Assembly: GCA_905250105.1 (NCBI GenBank)
Contig: CAJNOC010000253.1
Location: forward strand, 23,720 to 48,154
Source: Brachionus calyciflorus
Lineage: Eukaryota
Reading direction: 5' to 3'
Length of the DNA: 24,435 bases
Each line of letters begins with the position of its first letter. Position 1 is the first letter of the stretch. The notes under the pieces were generated by a model. That model saw nothing but the letters and a program-made list of their open reading frames with translations, made no database searches and was not told the DNA's origin. The position numbers and the translations under genes are program-made. Below, one piece after another: positions 21,195-24,435 of this stretch.

Positions 21195-23418
21195 TTGCAA
21201 ACCAAAGAATTGAATAATTTTTTGATTCAATTTCAAAAAATAATTATGCAAACAAATTACACAATTATACCAACATCAAGAAGTGGACACTACTTATTTT
21301 ACCAAAAACATCTCTTTTATAAAGTAAAACCAAAAAATCCTGTGACAGGAATAACGACTTGGCGATGTCGCCGTTATCATAATGAAAATGTAAAATGTAA
21401 AGCTTTTTTAAAAGCAAACGATGAAATTGTTTTAAGTTTGACAAATGAACATGAAAAACATGATGAAGTAGGTCAATTTGAAACAGTTATGCTTTCAGCA
21501 AAACAAGAAATTAAGGAAAAAATAAGTACGGTGAGAGTCCCAGTTAAAATGTTATTTTAAGAAACTATTTGTAAAACAATTGAGAAAAATAATTTTACGT
21601 GAAGTGAAGCTGCAAAATTCGTACCAAAATTTAAAAATATAGAAAAAAATTTATACAAACAAAAGCATTTAAATGAAATAAAAAAAAATAAATTGCCAAA
21701 AAATTTGTACGAAATAACCTGCGAAGACGAATACGAAATATATAAATTAACCACCGATAAGAAACGTTTTTTGCTATTTGATTTAAAAGATCAGTCAAAT
21801 GACGATCGAATCTTATGTTTTTCATCAGATGCCAACTCCAAATTTTGAGTAAATGTCAAAGATGGCATGTTGATGGGACTTTCAAAGCTGCTCCAATTTT
21901 GTTCTATCAACTTTACTTAATTCATGGATGGTACAAAGATGAAATGCATTCATGCTGTTATATTTTTTTGTCCAATAAACAACAAAAAACATATGAGAAA
22001 ATGATTTTTAAATTTTAAAAAAGTGCAAAAGATCAAGGATTTGACTTAAAACCTCTGATGATTATAAGCGATTTTGAAATAGCTGCTATAAATGCTTTTG
22101 AATCAGGATTCAATAATGTAATAATGAAAGGGTGTCATTTTAATTTTACCCAATCTATATGGAAAAATATTCAAAAAATGGTATAAGTGATGAATATAGT
22201 CGAGTTGACGCAGTTTACGAGTGGCTAAATATGTTTAAATCATTGGCATTTATCAAACCAGAATATATAGAAAGTGCTTGGCATTTAATTGGACGATTTA
22301 TTCCATCGTATAATCAAAAATTTCAAGATTTACTTATTTTTAGAGATACATGGTATGGTAATGAGAGAGGAAAGTTTTCACATTCTTTGTGGAATCATTT
22401 TTACACTGAAGGGCCACGTACTAATAACCATGTGGAAGGGTATAATCATAAAATAAACAACTATATAGATTATACCCATCCACACATATATTCAGCAATT
22501 AATACTTTAAAAGTTCTTGAAACTTCGACTGGTTTGAATTATTATCAGCGCGAGTTAGGTGGCTTAAGTCAATTTCCAAGGAGACCAAAAGACATTCAGC
22601 CAGATGTAATGATAAACTATTTAAAAAATAAATTAGAAGTTGGCGATTTAGGAATTTTACAATTTTTAACGCGTATGGGTAACCTTTTTCGGTTTGTTAA
22701 ATCCTTTAAAAAAACAAGATTTACTTTCACTGAAAATTTAATCTCAAATGAGTCTTTTAAGGCTGTAGTTTCAATTTTTAAAATATCTAATCAATCTTTT
22801 AATTTTATTCCTTGTTATATAAAAAATAATCGGGATTTTATGGTCATCATGGTAAAAAATTTTCGAACTAATAATGGTATTTGCTTTTATAATTCAAATT
22901 ATTACGATTTAAACCATGATTGTGTCCTTAAAAAATGGGATTGTTATTATGGAATTTGTTTACAGACAACTGGTGACGGAAATTGTTTATATAATGCTAT
23001 ATCCTTAGCACTTTTCGGGAATGAATCCAGTTCAAATAAAATAAGGTTATGTATGGTATTTATTATTCTAGAATATGAAGATTATTTTCGTAATTTAGTC
23101 AAAAGTTTTCAATAAACTGATAGTTTTGAAAAAACATTAATAGATTCTGCTGCTCTTGGTATTTTTGGTAATGATTTTAATATGGTAGCATCAAGTCTTT
23201 TGTTTCTCAGGCCTATAAAATGCTATTCAATTGGTAATATTGCGTTCGATGTTGATACAGCTAAAAAAAATCTAATGCCAATTTACTTATCACTAAAAGA
23301 TGTTCATTTTACACCTATTGTATCTATCAACAATTTTTTTTCAATAGCTCCTACAACTGGTGATCACTTGTGTTTTATTAAATATGGTTTTGGTGACTTA
23401 AAACTTTATCAATTTTGA
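21195..23418 (+). mobile_element. Decayed Mutator-like (MULE) DNA transposon coding region: FLYWCH zinc finger (ATG 21246..21560), MULE DDE transposase core (about 21830..22640), C-terminal OTU-like cysteine protease domain (about 22900..23400); at least one in-frame stop and two frameshifts
   Basis: FLYWCH: 'SRSGHYLFYQKHLFYKVK...WRCRRYHNENVKCKAFLKANDEIVLSLTNEHEKHD'. MULE: 'WHVDGTFKAAPILFYQLYLIHGWYKDEM..CYIFLSNKQ' then (after TAA 22016-22018) 'KDQGFDLKPLMIISDFEIAAINAFESGFNNVIMKGCHFNFTQSIWKNIQK' then (frame change about 22160-22180) 'YTEGPRTNNHVEGYNHKINN'. OTU: 'TTGDGNCLYNAISLALFGNE' (catalytic Cys) and, after another frame change (23115/23182), 'KDVHFTPIVS' (His motif). Element termini not resolved. 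Confidence 0.75.
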
Positions 23419-24435
23419 ACTTAAAATTGCATTAAAATTGTATATTCTTTATTATTTGCAATATTCATAATTAAAAAGATATAATTTTATTGGTATTTTA
23501 TTTTAACGTATTAAAAGATTATTCATAAATTAAAATATAATATAAGCTTCCTGTGTTAATTTTTTTATCACTTTTCATTTCATTTTCACCGAGCGCTTTG
23601 TATAAAGTAAAGTGTTGAAAAACAGTAGAACCATTTGAAAACCATAATACAATAAATTCTCTTGTATTGAATTATTGTTTTCCTTTTCCTGTTTTATTTT
23701 TTTTCGCTTTTTATAAAAAATATATATAAAACAAGGATTGGGTTCCCCTCCTTAACTCCCCTTTCTATTCTAATATGCTAATATAAACTTAAAATTTTAA
23801 AACTCGTATCTGTACTCTAATTATCTAAACTGTAAATATATAGAGTAGTTAGGAATCTGTTACCGCATCTGCCCGATATTGTAACTTGACTCTAGAGGTC
23901 AATGGGAATAATATAGATTCCCTTACGCATAGACTATGCGTAATACATAAATAATTTTTTTAAAATTTTTTAAAAATAAATCACAGCTAACGGGTATCGA
24001 TCCCGGACTCTCGCATCTCGTTGACGAGTGACTCACCAACTAAGCCACAAGAACTCTTAGAAAATGTTAAATAAAAATTAATATTAAATACGATAAATTT
24101 GAACTTAGTAAAATTTTACTCTGGGTCTTTTTTTTTAAATAAAAAAACCCACTTTAAATTTAATTTTTAAAAAAAGTTAATTATTTTTAATGATAAATTT
24201 TCAAACCTAAAAAAAATTAAAAAAGAGAAAGAGAAATTTTTTCTCTATCTAAAAGCGTGTTTATTTTTTTTTTATATTTTTATTTTTTTTGCGCAACCCC
24301 TAAAAGTTCGGTCTGGTGTTTACGTAACTTGCCACTTCAATGATCGGACGAGAACCAGTTTATTCAACGTAATAGAGTCCTAAACATTTATTGACTTTGG
24401 GGCTGTGAATTTCATGTCAATTCGCTCATTTCAAT

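Noticed and set aside
20734-21825. Track ORFs 20734..20916(+), 21026..21217(+), 21557..21754(-), 21631..21825(-)
   Set aside because: They overlap the tRNA-like fragment or lie antisense or intergenic within the MULE. TTG-started or low complexity.
21044-23619. 12-bp inverted match as MULE terminal inverted repeats
   Set aside because: Flanking bases do not extend the match and motif order differs. A 12-mer inverted match is within chance expectation in AT-rich DNA. Kept only as a weak hint in the MULE finding.
23985-24062. Possible tRNA on the minus strand ('GTGGCTTAGTTGGTGAG' A-box-like; 'GGGATCGATACCC' T-loop-like)
   Set aside because: No complementary acceptor stem, and the T-loop lacks the TTC. 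Cannot be folded into a cloverleaf. At most a tRNA-derived fragment.

Overview
This is an AT-rich (roughly 25% GC) eukaryotic window, most likely from an invertebrate animal: it has very short spliceosomal introns (58-60 nt; GTAAGT and weaker donors, AAG/TAG acceptors), a C-type lectin, a peritrophin-A-like chitin-binding gene, TMEM185 and a vault-PARP (PARP4) orthologue. The ORF track allows non-ATG starts: the ORFs at 7745, 14393 and 21195 begin with TTG, so its ORF boundaries are not gene boundaries. Host genes: (i) a three-exon PARP4-like gene on the plus strand (12511..19522, about 1850 aa) with BRCT, PARP catalytic (H-Y-E triad intact), VIT and vWA domains, plus an embedded complete ubiquitin-like domain ending LRGG-Pro, a 54-bp in-frame tandem duplication, a poly-Pro/Q-rich insert, and a C-terminal domain alignable to the vertebrate PARP4 C-terminus; (ii) a TMEM185 homologue on the minus strand (9688..11024, first exon not found), head-to-head with PARP4; (iii) a two-exon secreted C-type lectin (7464..8117, minus) and an adjacent secreted CBM14-like gene (8197..8493, minus); (iv) a roughly 553-bp segment duplicated about 6.4 kb apart (465..1017 and 6856..7407), each copy carrying a TATA box and a 41-aa Val/Pro/Tyr-rich small ORF. 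Mobile and repeat content is dense: an ISXO2-like (IS1595-family) transposase pseudogene, a degraded non-LTR retrotransposon (endonuclease plus reverse transcriptase), a 646-bp Tc1/mariner-like MITE with TA target-site duplication inside the 1.4-kb PARP4 intron 2, two further hairpin/MITE-like inverted-repeat elements, minisatellites, a decayed FLYWCH + MULE transposase + OTU protease element (21.2..23.4 kb), a GC-richer island with broken zinc-finger-like and Rossmann-like ORF pieces (19.68..20.52 kb), and a tRNA-like (A/B-box-like) SINE-type fragment. The most unusual features are the ubiquitin domain fused inside the vault PARP and the MULE element with FLYWCH and OTU domains.
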